DNA of 64,000 nucleotides from Heterodontus francisci. Lineage: Eukaryota. The DNA lies in contig NW_027141721.1 in assembly GCF_036365525.1 (NCBI RefSeq), positions 1 to 64,000 on the forward strand, written 5' to 3'. The notes under the pieces were generated by a model that was given only the letters and a program-made list of their open reading frames with translations, did no database searches and was not told the DNA's origin. The translations under genes and the position numbers were made by a program. Below, piece by piece: positions 1 to 11,785 of this stretch (position 1 is its first letter; each line of letters opens with the position of its first letter).

Positions 1-659
1 TTGTCTCAATTTCTATTCAATTCATTTAACCACTTGTCAGCTGGTTAGCTGAGCTGGTTAAGCTACTTTAACTAGTTGAGATGTCTCCTGTCCATCTTTG
101 ACCCGTTTGCACACTGAGCTTTATTTCTTTTAAGTTGAGCTTCTTCATGATGCACCCTTCTCTCTCTTGTGACATCAAGCAGGCTAATAAAAAGATCTGT
201 GGAAATGATACGCTGTGGTTTTAACTCTGCTTTTCGCACCTTTACACAACATTTCACCAGGCACTGCAGTTCGCCAGCTCGCAGGAGAAAATACAAAACA
301 GATACTGAGCAGAAAACAACATGAGAAACACACAGCAGGAACAGAGTCGAAAGGGGCTCCTGAGGATGGGAGGAAATAACACGGCGGGCACATCAGCATT
401 TTGGAGGAGTTTAGGATGGAGGGTCAATCGGGAATGTTACAAGGGATGCTGGGTGGGTGCCCAGCACAGCTTTTTGTTTGACCGACTGGCTTGCCCAGTC
501 ATTTCAGAGTCAGCCACATTGTTGCAGGAATGGAGTCACCTTTTAGGCCAGGCCGGTTAAAGATGACAGATTTCCTACTCTCAGTGAGAGATGGGTTTTT
601 CAGGCAATCCAGTAGTTTCATGCTCACCATGACTGAGACCAGCTTTTTATCATTTTTTA

Positions 660-1055
660 AATTCGTTCATAGGATGTGGGCGTCGCTGGCCAGGCCAGCA
701 TTTATTGCCCATCTCTAATTGCCCTGAGAAGGTGGTGGTGAGCTGCCTTCTTGAACCACTGCAGTCCATGTGTGGTAGTTACATCCACGAGTGCTGTTAG
801 AAGGGAGTTCCAGGATTTTGACCCAGCGACAGTGAAGGAACGGCGATATAGTTCCAAGTCAGGATGGTGTGTGACTTGGAGGGGAGCTTGCAGGTGGTGG
901 TGTCCCGATGCATCTGCTGCCCTTGTCATTCTAGTTGGTAGAGGTCGCGAGTTTGGAAGGTGCTGTCTAAGGAGACTTTGTGCATTGCTACAGTGCATCT
1001 TGTAGATGGTACACACTGCTGCCACTGTGCATCGGTGGTGGAGGGAGTGAATGTT
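660..1055 (-). mobile_element. LINE 3' fragment (same family as 62920-63470)
   Basis: AAVCTIYKMHCSN..SLLRQHLPN...FTVAGSKSWNSL. Confidence 0.82.
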
Positions 1056-2079
1056 TATCTAACTAAGTGAACGTACATTATCCACCTTGCTGGGATTCGA
1101 ATTCACGTCACCCAAGATATTAGCCCAGGCCTTTAGATTACTAGCCCAGTAATGTAACACTTTGCTACCTTACACTTCAACCTTCTTTGAGCCTCAGCCC
1201 TAGGAGTGGAAAATACAAATGTGGGCGGGTTTCTACGTGTGATTCACTCACTGTTAAACCCTCACACCAGCCTGTTTTTCTTTCTTAAGCTGTTTAAACG
1301 TTTGCAGCTGCACTCTGATAACCGCACATCCTGACTGCGTGTTTCCTGTCTCTGTGTCTCTCTGTATAATTCGATTCTGCTGCTGTGTTGTTCTGACAAA
1401 GTCTTTCCACAAAAAACATGGAAAGAAAGCAGTACAGAGGAATTTGCAGGTAGTTAGGGCGACGAATTGAATTAACAGGGGAGATAGGAGGAGTTGCACT
1501 AGCTGGGTTGATCTTGCAGAGAGCTGGAATTGACTCGATGGGCCAAATGGCCTCGTTCTGTACTGTAACCAGTCTCTGATTCTATGATAGATTCCCTGTG
1601 GTCGGAGAATCTGAAAATATATTTGATCAGTCAATCAAGTGTGAAGGAAATGCAACACCCAACATGTTTACATTGCTGACTCTTTATTCCCTCAGGTATA
1701 GAAGATTAAACGGTGATCTGACTGAGGTGTTTAAAATGACTGAATGTGTTGATAGAATAGATAGAGATAAACTATATCCTGTTGTTGGGGGCGGGGCACG
1801 GGGGCAGAACAAGTTGGTTTAAACCCAAACATCGAGCCAGGCTATTCAGGAGTGATGTCAGGAAGCATTTCTTCACACAAAGGGACGTGGAAATCTGTTT
1901 CCTGTGTGCAGATTAGTGTTTGTAAGGTCAATAAAATTTTGCACGAATGGTGTGGTAGTGATTCCTTTAGAAGAACAACACTTTATCTTTAAGACAAGCA
2001 GTTAAACTATAAATGTATGTGCCAGAGTAGCATTTACCCCCACATCACGGTATTGTTTTTCATTACACCTCTGTTCATT

Positions 2080-2305
2080 NNNNNNNNNNNNNNNNNNNNN
2101 NNNNNNNNNNNNNNNNNNNNNNNNNNNNNNNNNNNNNNNNNNNNNNNNNNNNNNNNNNNNNNNNNNNNNNNNNNNNNNNNNNNNNNNNNNNNNNNNNNNN
2201 NNNNNNNNNNNNNNNNNNNNNNNNNNNNNNNNNNNNNNNNNNNNNNNNNNNNNNNNNNNNNNNNNNNNNNNNNNNNNNNNNNNNNNNNNNNNNNNNNNNN
2301 NNNNN
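2080..2305. other. Assembly gap (N run)
   Basis: Run of N. Confidence 1.
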
Positions 2306-3205
2306 CTATCTGTCTCCCTCCCTATCTGTCTGTCTATGGCTATCTAATTATCTGTCTGTCTACCTATTTCACTCTCTATATAGAATCTTTATCCATCAAT
2401 ATTTATCTACAAATCTATCTGTTGATCCCTCTGTCTATCTATTCTCTAAACCACCTGCAGAACTCCCAATTCATTTCTTTCACTCTCTCTATCCAGTTAT
2501 TTATCTATCTGTCTAGCCATCTCTCTATCAATCTGTCTATCTCTTTCTCTATCTATTGATCCCTTTATCCAACTGTATCTCTATCTATCTTATATGCCTA
2601 TATATATATCTATACCTGCATTGCTCGATCTTTCTATTTAGTTCTCTATCATTATCTACCCACATATCACTCGATCTATCTATTGCTCTCTCCATCCATC
2701 ACTTTCTTTCTTTATATCCAACTATCTACCTATCCATTTATTCCAACAGTTCATCTATCCATTTATTCATAACTTTCTTTAACTAACTATTTACCCAACA
2801 CTCTGTCTATCTATTGATACCTCTATCCATCTATTTCGTTATATCCATCTATCTCTTCATCTCGATTTCTCTCCCTGTATCTCCCTCTCTATCTATTGAT
2901 ATCTCTATCTATTGACTTTTCTGTCCATCTATATCTCCTATATGTCTATATAGGTCTATATGATCTGATATGATATGCCTATATATGTCTCTAGAGATCG
3001 ATCTTTCTATCTAACGCCCTATCTCTCTATTAGTATCTATCTATCTACCACTTTATCAATTGATGTCTCCATCCAACTCTCTTTATATCTATCAATAGCT
3101 TTCTATATTTATATCTATCTATCAATCCCTTTCTACCTATCAGTCAATCCTTGTCTATCTATCCATCTAACTCTCTATCCGTCTATCCATCTATCTATCT
3201 ATTTT
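2306..3205. repeat. Degenerate (TATC)n low-complexity tract
   Basis: Repeated ctat/ctatc units following an N gap. Confidence 0.9.
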
Positions 3206-3809
3206 TCTGTACACCAGATTGACATTGGACTCTCATTGACAGGACCTGCATATAAGATCACAGACAGCAGGTGGCAGCAGAGATCAACATTTCATCCAAT
3301 TCCATCATCCTGAGCTCCAGTGAGAAAGACAGGATGGAGGAAGGACAGGGGGCAGGAAAAAAGAAAGTTTGTTTGGGTGAAAAAGGGGGAAAAAAGAGAT
3401 TGAAAGAACGTGACGAGAAAAGAGAGAAGAACTGCAAGAGAAATCCAAGGAAAGAGAAGAGTTTAGGAAAAAGGGGGCGGGAAGGAATGAGAAAGTAGAG
3501 AAAGAAAAAGAGAAGGGAAAGAAAATGGAGAGAAGAAATCAGAACAAGAAAGAAAGACAGAGAGGAAGAGAGATAGAGAGAAAGAAAGATAAACAATAAA
3601 GGAGAGGAGTAGATTGAAAGGAATGACAAAAGGTAGAAAATTGGTCGATACAATAACAGAAAGTTTGATTGGATGAAATAAAAAAATTGATGGAAGAAAA
3701 GAATTAAAGAAAGGATAAAAGAATGATGGGGAGGAAGAAAGATAATTAAAATAAGGAACTGAAGACTGAAAGCATAACTAAATGAATGATATAAAAATGC
3801 TGAAGAAGG

Positions 3810-4330
3810 AAATTCAGCTGCAATAGGCATCACAGACTTTGCTGCACTGACCCAGCAGCCACATTTCCTCTGCATGGAGGGGGCAGGTGCACGGGGCCCA
3901 GAGACAGCGTCTCACCCAGTAGGAAATGAGACAAACATGGGCTCAATCTGCCAGCCTCTGAGCGGAGAGCACAGCAACAATAACAGGTGGCACTTTCCGT
4001 TAAACCACAGGGTGAAACTCGGGCGCAATGACCTATTTTACAAACCGTGCAGCGCGCCTGCATGCAGAAAGCTGAGCTGCACCATTTGAAAGTTCACATC
4101 CCACGGCCTCCGTTTGATATCTTTCCGTGCAGCTGCACAATGTTATTTTCCAGCTCCAGTCTTGTTTTGAGTTAATATTTTCCGGAGGAAATGACACTGT
4201 AACCGAATTTTAAAGTCACAGCACATTATCGCTCCGGTTCACTCAAGCAGGCAATCACTTTAACAAGCAAAATGTTTACCCCCATACAGTATGTAAGATT
4301 TCAGTGAACGTTTGGCCGACTCTGCTCTGT
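3810..4330. promoter_or_regulatory. Candidate TCR beta 3' enhancer
   Basis: Unique-sequence island between purine-rich repeats, 3' of C, with clustered E-box, ETS, Myb and Runx motifs. Confidence 0.5.
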
Positions 4331-4464
4331 CTCATTGATATTTTCCAGTGTTACTGCTGAAATTTTTGCATTTCGGGTTGTTTTTTTTATATATGGAGAA
4401 TTGGAACGGGGAGTGAGCAAGTACTGGGAAAAAAGGGGAAGGGATGTGATTCGAGACCAGATTG

Positions 4465-5165
4465 TGTGTGTGAGAGAAAGAGCTAGGGAGAGCTGGGGAG
4501 AGAGACAAAGAGAGGGAGAGGGTGAGGGGAAGAGGGGGCAAGGGAGCGAGAGAGAGAGATAAACAAACAGAGGGGGCAAGATATGGAGAGAGAGAAAGAC
4601 AGAGGGAAAGAGAGGGGAAGGGATGGAGAGAGAGAAAGACAGAGGGAAAGAGAAGGGAAGCGATGGAGAGAGAGAAAGACAGAGGGAAAGAGAGGGGAAG
4701 GGATGGAGAGAGACAAATAGACAGACAGGATAGAATATGGAGAGAAAGACAGGCAGCGAGAGAGAGAGAGGGTTACAGAGAGACAGAAAGGCAGACAATG
4801 AAAAATACTGAGGAGTCAGCAACTTGGAAAACGGTAAGCGAGGTGATAGAGAGAGAGGGGGAGGGGAGAGAGAGAGACAAACATGGTGAGTGATGGGGAA
4901 TTAAGCAGGCAGCGCACAGGAAGAGGAAGAAATGGGATAGAAAGGAAAAGAGGTAGGGGAATGGCTGTATAAGAGATACAGAGAGAAAGAAGGGATAAAT
5001 GAAAGATACAGGGAGAGAAAAATAGAAAGAGAGAGGGAGAATGATAGTGGGGAATAGAAAAAGAGAGAAAGATGCAGGGCATAGAGAAAGGCAGGGGACG
5101 TATGGAGACAGAGAACTGGTGAGATAGAGAGACCAGGAGCTAGAATAGTGGGTAGATAGAGCTGA
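4465..5165. repeat. GA-rich low-complexity tract (also 3325-3810)
   Basis: Purine-rich degenerate (GA)n/GAGGG repeats. Confidence 0.9.
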
Positions 5166-6885
5166 CAAAAAAGAGTTTCCTATTACCAAAAATGCAACGC
5201 TTGTAGCCTTCGAAAGCTGGTTTAAAGATTGACTCGATATCTACGTACATCAATCGGCCTGATAATGAAGGTATCTTTCAATGTCTGTAGCCAGTGAGAA
5301 TGGGTTCATATTCCTGAGATGCAGGTCAGTGTGCACTGTTAGCCATCAGGAAAGAATGAACAGGCTGGGACACTTTTCTGTTGAATGAAGAAAGCTGAGG
5401 GGTGACCTGATAGACGTCTTTAGGCTTACGAAGGGGTTTGATAGGGGAGATGGGGCCATAAATATAAGACACATCACTATTGAATCCAATCAGGAGAGAC
5501 TTCTTTACCCAGAGAGTGGTGGGAACGTGGAACTCGCTACCACTGTAAGAAGAATAGCATCGATGCCTTTAAGGGGAAGTTGGGAAACCACTTGAAAGAG
5601 AACGGAATGGAAGGAGATGTGCTGGGGTGAGATGAAGCGTGGGTGGGAGGAGGCTCATGTGGAGCTGAAACACTGGCATGGACCAGACGGGCTGAATGGC
5701 CTGTTTCTGTGCTGAAATCTCTATGGAGCTGGGGTGCAGTTCAGACAAGGTATCACTGAATGGCAGAACAGATGCGAGGATCAAAATGGCTCCCCTCTTG
5801 TTCCTAGGTTTCTATGAACACAGCCTGGGTCTGGTGCAGTTAAACACAGAGGTGACTGGCTCGATCCCTCCCCAACAGCATTCCTCAGTAACCCCATAGG
5901 GCAGAAGGGAGACAGCAGCCACCTGTCATTACCCATCTCCCACGTGGACAATCCCTTGGCGACTGTGAGCGCCATTGCCCGCTCAGAGCAAACCATTTAC
6001 AAAGGAGGGGTGCAGCGTCCTGGGTGCCAAAGCCGGGGATGAAATTGCCCAAATCTAGAACAGTCTGGTAAAGCACTCATCGGTGAAATTGCTTGGAAGG
6101 ACAGCATTGTGGTAGGAATGCGCTGGGCTCATAATCCCAAGATATGAGTTCAAATCCCATCATGGTCGCTGGGGAATTTCAAATCAGCTAATTAGCTCAA
6201 AATGTGCAATAAATAGCTAACATCAGCAATGGCGACCTTGAAACTGCGAGAGATTTGTATCAAACTCCATCTGGTTAACTCATGTTCTTTTGGGGTGGAA
6301 ATCTGCAGCCGTTACCCGGCCTGGCCTACATGCAACTCCAGACCCACAGCAATGTGGTTGACTCATAACCGCTCTCTGAAATGGCCTAGAAAGACATTCA
6401 TTTGTATTCAGGAAAGTAGTACATCGACACCTTCTCAGTGGCTGTCAGGGATGGGTTACACATAGCAACAGGGAAACAGGAGACTATTTAGCCCACTCGA
6501 AGCTGCCACGTAGAGCGAGGAAGCGATTCTGCCCTCTCACGCCTGTTGCATAGAATTGGGTGGAGGAGGTCATTCAAACCAGGAGAGCCTGTTGCATTGC
6601 AACAGGAGGAGTCCAATTCAGCCCCTCGAGCCTATTACATAGGCATAGTGTGAGGAGTCCATTAAACCCCGGCACATGTTCCGCCATTCAATTAGATCAT
6701 GGAAGATCTGCACACCAACCCTATTTCCCCATCTTTGCTCAATATCCCTTGATCCCGTTACCCAATAAAATTCATCTAATGCCTACCTGCATATTTTAAT
6801 GTTGTTTGGAAATGTTGTGCCAAGCGCGTGGGGTAAAACTGAAATAATAGTGGAGAGAAACGGTTTTCTTTGTCGAAATATTCTA

Positions 6886-6891
6886 TTTATT
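6886..6891 (-). terminator. Candidate polyadenylation signal AATAAA for TRBC
   Basis: AATAAA about 780 nt past the stop codon. An ATTAAA variant at 7412-7417 is an alternative. Confidence 0.5.
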
Positions 6892-7665
6892 TCTTAACCA
6901 GTGAACAAGAAAAGAAAAAAAATATAGAAGATCACAAGCGAGCTGTCGATACTGGATCCACTGAGAACCCCACGACAAATAATGGACAATTATGAGCGCA
7001 TTTTCCATCTGCAATCGATGAGGTGTCTGATACAAATAGTAATAACATTATTGCATTAACAGAAAAGGGAAAAAAGACATTGATAGTTGCACTAAACAGA
7101 ACTTGAAGTTACAATTTGTTTACTACTGCTTAATATTATACACAGCTTTACTAGAATTGCACGGAATGAGGGACTTAAGTTTCATGGAGAGATCAGCAAA
7201 GCTGGAATTGATCGCCTTGGCATTAACAACTGGCTTTTTCAAAGAGCTAGCACTTGCACGATGGGCCAAGTGGCCTCCTTTCGTCCTGTAAGGTTGTATG
7301 TTTCTTTATAACGTTTCAAACAACACAGACTAACAATTAATAAACAGACAAAATAAACTGGAAAAAAAGTTTGCACGTTTCTCAAAGCTTCACCTACTGA
7401 GACAACAGGAATTTAATACATTGACGAGAATATGAAAGGACTTATTCGAGTGGAAAAGACAGACTGGGGCTTAAAATTTCCTCTGTTCGTTTCCCGCAGT
7501 GGTGATGGGTATTTAGGGTTGTCCGCCAAAGTTACGCGAGTACAGCGGGAGTGGTTTAGACGAAATTCACCCCCGAGATATTCACAATAATCGTATTTTC
7601 TCTCCCCTTGCTCCCTCGTGTGTTCTGCTGCTTATCCATCTTTTGAGTTCATTAATTTGCGACGA

Positions 7666-7692
7666 TCAGTCAAACCTTTTGCTGTAAGACGT
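7666..7692 (-). CDS. TRBC: TRBC exon 4 coding part (cytoplasmic tail TSYSKRFD*)
   Basis: Pyrimidine tract then ccag|ACG TCT TAC AGC AAA AGG TTT GAC TGA. Phase 0 matches the exon 3 donor. Confidence 0.9.
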   Translation of the reverse strand, partial: TSYSKRFD

Positions 7693-8637
7693 CTGGTATA
7701 TGATAAAAAAAAGAGGGAGTTATTATCGTCATGGAATTATGGACTGATACAGAACAGAAGGAGGCCATTCGTCCCGCGTGCCTATACTGGCATTTTGAAA
7801 GAGCTGTCCAATTAGTCCCATTTCACAGTTCTTTCCCCTATAGCCCTGAGACTATTCCCTCCCCCACTACCTCCACCCCCTCAAACAAGTATTCATCCAA
7901 TTCCCTCTTGAAAGTTACTACTGAATCAGCTTCCACCGCCCTTTCAGCCAGTGCATTCTCAACCACAACAACTCGCTGGCTCAAAATATATTTCTCACCT
8001 GCCCCTCTGCTCCCTTGGCTAATCACCTTACAGCTGTGTCCTTGGTTGGGCAATCCTGCTGCCTCTTTGAAGCTGTTACCCCATTCGCTGTCCTATCCAA
8101 ACCCTTCATCATTGTGCACACCTCTATTAAATCTCTCCTTAACCTTCCCTGATCCAAGGAGAACAATCCCAACTTCCGTATTCTCCTCACATCACTGAGG
8201 TCCCTCAACACTGTTACCGTTCAAGTAAATCGCCCCTTCACCCTCTCCAATGACTCGACATCACTGTCCTGACCAGATCATCATGTGCATGAATAATCGA
8301 GACGAACCATGCACATGCTCTTTCCTGCTCATGCATTCCTAACCTTGCATATAAAGTCTTGTAAAGTTACAATAAGTTCAATTATTTTCCAAGGGAAATT
8401 CCAGAACATTGACAATTGTGTTCAAATGGATTAAATTGGTTGGTTAGTGTTGTGGGCGCAGGAATGAATGGAAAGTGAATTGGTGTATTCCATCTGCGTG
8501 CAATAGGAATGCAAAACTAGGGCTCGTGAATATCGGATAGTCACTCGTAATTTCAGTCTGGAATTCAGGAGAAACTTCTTTACCCAGTTTCACCATGACA
8601 ATACCTATGTTAAGAACTTCAGTAATTTTAATCTTAC

Positions 8638-8744
8638 CTTAGTTTTCCAAGCAATTGTTGAGATGAAAATTGCATAAAAGATGCTTTTGCAGATGAGGAT
8701 CAGGTATGTCAGTTTTGCTGTTGCCATGCTTTGGATTTTCGCCT
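8638..8744 (-). CDS. TRBC: TRBC exon 3 (transmembrane)
   Basis: EAKIQSMATAKLTYLILICKSIFYAIFISTIAWKTK. Has the TRB transmembrane Y-x5-K-S-x2-Y motif with the CD3-contacting Lys. Acceptor ttacag|, donor |gtaaga. Confidence 0.96.
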
Positions 8745-9544
8745 CTGTAAAATAAATGTAACAGGAAATGTTGCAATCTCTGTTCTCTCAAGGCAAGAAA
8801 TGCTACTGCGTGAAAATGTAATGTGTGTCAGTGAAGGAGCCCAATGTAAGGGTCGAGCTGCGAAAGCAGAACTGATCTCCCTTTGACGCAAGGAGCCCTG
8901 GGGTATTCCTTACTACAAATGGAGTTCAGCAATATGGCCGATCTGAATTGGGGCCGCTGTAACTTATGTGTCAGCTATGGCTCACGTATGTATCAGCTCT
9001 AGCTGAGTGGGTAACGCTCTCCTGTCTGAGTCGTACGATTGTGGGTTCATGCCCCAGTCCAAAGACATGAACCCCATAATCCAGACTGACTCTCCCAGTG
9101 CCAGCAGACAGCGTGTGTGCTGCACTGCAACTTTGGAGGAACCTTCTTTGAGATGATGTGTTAAACTAATTTAACCTCTGGGAAGTGGAACTGTCCCTCT
9201 TATCTCCACGCCAGATTCACACTATCAACTCCCAAGGAATTGTAAGTTTTAAGACAGGTGTACACAGCTCCCTCCCCTCCCATCCCCAGGCGTCCCCTCT
9301 CCCTCATCACAGGGCAACATATTTCCCTGAGGTCGTGAACCCAAGAGGACCGTGAGGTTATATCATTCGACTAGGCTGGTCTCGAAATTCCAACGGCCTT
9401 TCCCTCCCAGAGGAGTTTTCTCATAAACTCGTTGTGCATGATAGTATGTATAACTGTAAAACTACAGCTTGGAAATGTTGAAATGAGTATATACATGAAA
9501 TGTCTGACACAGTAATAATTCCAGAATTATTGGTGAATATTTTT

Positions 9545-10090
9545 TGAGTCATGGAGTCATTACAGCACGGAAAGAGGTCATTCGGCCCATCGAGTCCATG
9601 CAGGATCTCTACAGAGCAATCCAATCAGTCCAGCTCTCCCCTTCCATCTCCATTGCCCTGCAAGTTAATTACCCTCAACAGTCCGTCCAGTTTCCTTATG
9701 AAATCATTCATTATCGCCATTTCCACCACCCTCGTAGACAGTGACTTCCAGGTCATTACCACTCGCTGCATAAAACACTTCTGCCTCACATCCCCCCCCA
9801 GTGCATCTTTTTCCCAAAGCCTGAAAACTGTGACCACCCCCCCCCCCCCCCCAGTCCTTATGCCAGCAACTCATGGGGACAACTTTTCTTTGTCTACCTA
9901 TTGTAAACCTGTCATAATCTTGTACAACTCTGTCAAATAGCCCCTCAATCTCCTTTCCTCCAAGGAGAACAACCCAGGTTCTCCAATGTAACTTTGTAGC
10001 TAAAATTCCTCATCTCTGGAACCATTGTGGTAAATCTCCTCTGCACCCTCTCAAGGACCTTCACCTCCTTTACAAAGTGTGGAGACCAGA
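9545..10090 (-). mobile_element. CR1-like LINE 3' fragment in C intron 2
   Basis: WSPHFVKEVKVLERVQRRFTTMVPE on the minus strand. Same family as 11200-11785. Confidence 0.85.
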
Positions 10091-10117
10091 TACAGATAGA
10101 AGCAGATAGATATTCAC

Positions 10118-10138
10118 CTTTACTTATACCGCACATTT
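10118..10138 (-). CDS. TRBC: TRBC exon 2 (connecting peptide, EMCGISK, interchain Cys)
   Basis: 21-nt exon, ttttcccag|AAATGTGCGGTATAAGTAAAG|gtgaat, in frame with exons 1 and 3. Confidence 0.95.
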
Positions 10139-10458
10139 CTGGGAAAAGAAAGAAAAATCAATAAACATTCAGCATCAGAATATTTTATGAAATCACTGTG
10201 TAAATGTAGATTATCACAATTGAGTCCCGCACTGTACTCTAATATATTGAGAGTCATTTTAATTGAGTGTTTAACCATATCTTCCCCTTTGCACTACAAT
10301 ATTGTTCTATTTCATGAATTATTTAATTATTTATTGACTTACTGATACATCTACTTGCTTATTCGTACTTTCATAAGAGCACAGGTACTATATAAATGCA
10401 ACTTTCTGATTTCTTTGAAGCTGAAATAAAATGGTATTGGTCTCACTAGTGTGCTTAC

Positions 10459-10809
10459 CTGCTTTGACAGCTAATGTTGAACTGCTTGTTGTAGGCACTG
10501 ATTCGTTAGTGTAGAGATCTACTCTGCACTCAACGTTCTTGGACCGAGCCCAATCTAGGGCGTCGAATCTCAGCCGGCTGCTGATGCTGTAAGATGTGTT
10601 TTCTTTTGATAGGATGGCATTGAGATCAGTGTGAATGTTCGTGTCATTGGCATCTTTCTCCTTGCCATCGACAAGCCAGTGGATCTTGATGTTGTCGGGG
10701 TAGAAGTCGCTTACGAGGCAGACCACAGTGGCTTTTTTCTTTTCTCTAATCTCTTCGGGAGAGGGCTCAAAGACAGTAACTTTGGCAGGCCTAATCGTAT
10801 CGTTTTCGC
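10459..10809 (-). CDS. TRBC: TCR beta constant region exon 1 (Ig C1 domain)
   Basis: Translates (G)ENDTIRPAKVTVFEPSPEEIREKKKATVVCLVSDFYPDNIKIHWLVDG...YSISSRLRF...W...VECRVDLY...AVKA. Contains the TRBC motifs VFEPS..EI...KAT.VCL..FYPD and SSRLR. Acceptor cctgcag| and donor |gtaagc, phase 1. Confidence 0.98.
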
Positions 10810-10902
10810 CTGCAGGAAAAGTAAATGGAGAGAATATGGATGAGTATGAAACCCGTCTTGAGAATTTTAAACCACCAAACAATATCAACCTTTCAATTCT
10901 AG

Positions 10903-10955
10903 CCAGAGCAGTTAATTTTGTGCCAACTCCAGAATAAACCTCTCTGTTTCCCGAA
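10903..10955 (-). pseudogene. TRBJ: Degenerate J segment (SGNREVYSGVGTKLTAL), no GT donor, in frame with C exon 1
   Basis: J-type xGxGTKLT motif and CAC-starting heptamer (plus caccgat 10956-10962). Nonamer is poor. Donor position reads G|ct. Confidence 0.7.
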
Positions 10956-11199
10956 CACCGATCAGTCATAAAACGTAGAATCAGTTTGCAACCTCGACCT
11001 GCTTTTGTACATTTTAACCCAAAGTGGCAGAAACTGATCATCTCAACCTCTTAGTCATTGAGTGAAGTACAAGTCTGTTTCACTATGAAAGAGGTTCTCC
11101 TGTCTATCTGAAAAGTGTTACCCTGAACTCTGGGCCAGCCTGTTCTCAATAACCAGGCTATCACTCACCTTGTCCCATTATCTAGAGCCCTTTCCTATC

Positions 11200-11785
11200 A
11201 GGGAAGTTATGGGGAACATTTCTAAAGCTCTGGTTCGGAAACAACTAGAGTTTTGCAGCCACTTCTGATCACCACATTTGAGGAAGGTTGTGAGTGTCCT
11301 TGAAAGGGTTCAGAGGATATTTAACAGAATGGTTCCAGGGATGAAGGATTTTAGCTACAAGGTTAGGTTGGAGAAGCTGGGATTGTTCTGCTTGGAACAA
11401 AGGAGATTGAGGGGAGATTTGATGGCAGCGTACAAGATTATGACGGATTTAGATAAGGTAGACAAAGAAATGCGTCACCTATTAGTTGTTGGTGCAAGGA
11501 CCAGAAGAGACAGATTTCTGGTGCTGTGCAAAAGATGCAGGGGGATGTGAGGAGGGACACTTTTATGCCACGTGTGGTAATGACCTGGAACTCGCTGCCT
11601 ACAAGGGTGGTGGAAGCGGAGACAATGAATGATTTCAGAAGGAAATTGGATGGACACTTGAGGCAAATTAACTTGCAGGGCCACAGGGATAGAGCGAGGG
11701 AGTGGGACTGATTGGATTGCCAGACAGAGAGCTGGCATGGACTCGATGGGCGGAATGGCCCCCCTGTGTGCTGCATTATGATTCT
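11200..11785 (+). mobile_element. CR1-like LINE 3' fragment
   Basis: LERVQRIFNRMVPG...LGLFCLEQRRLRGDL. Confidence 0.85.

Noticed and set aside
184-399. Leader-like hydrophobic stretch ending in CCTG|gtgaaa on the minus strand
   Set aside because: No well-placed in-frame ATG and no similarity to the family A or B leaders. Cannot be supported without the left flank.
2017-5189. Hydrophobic or Arg/Glu-rich ORFs
   Set aside because: Artefacts of (TATC)n and GA-rich low-complexity sequence.
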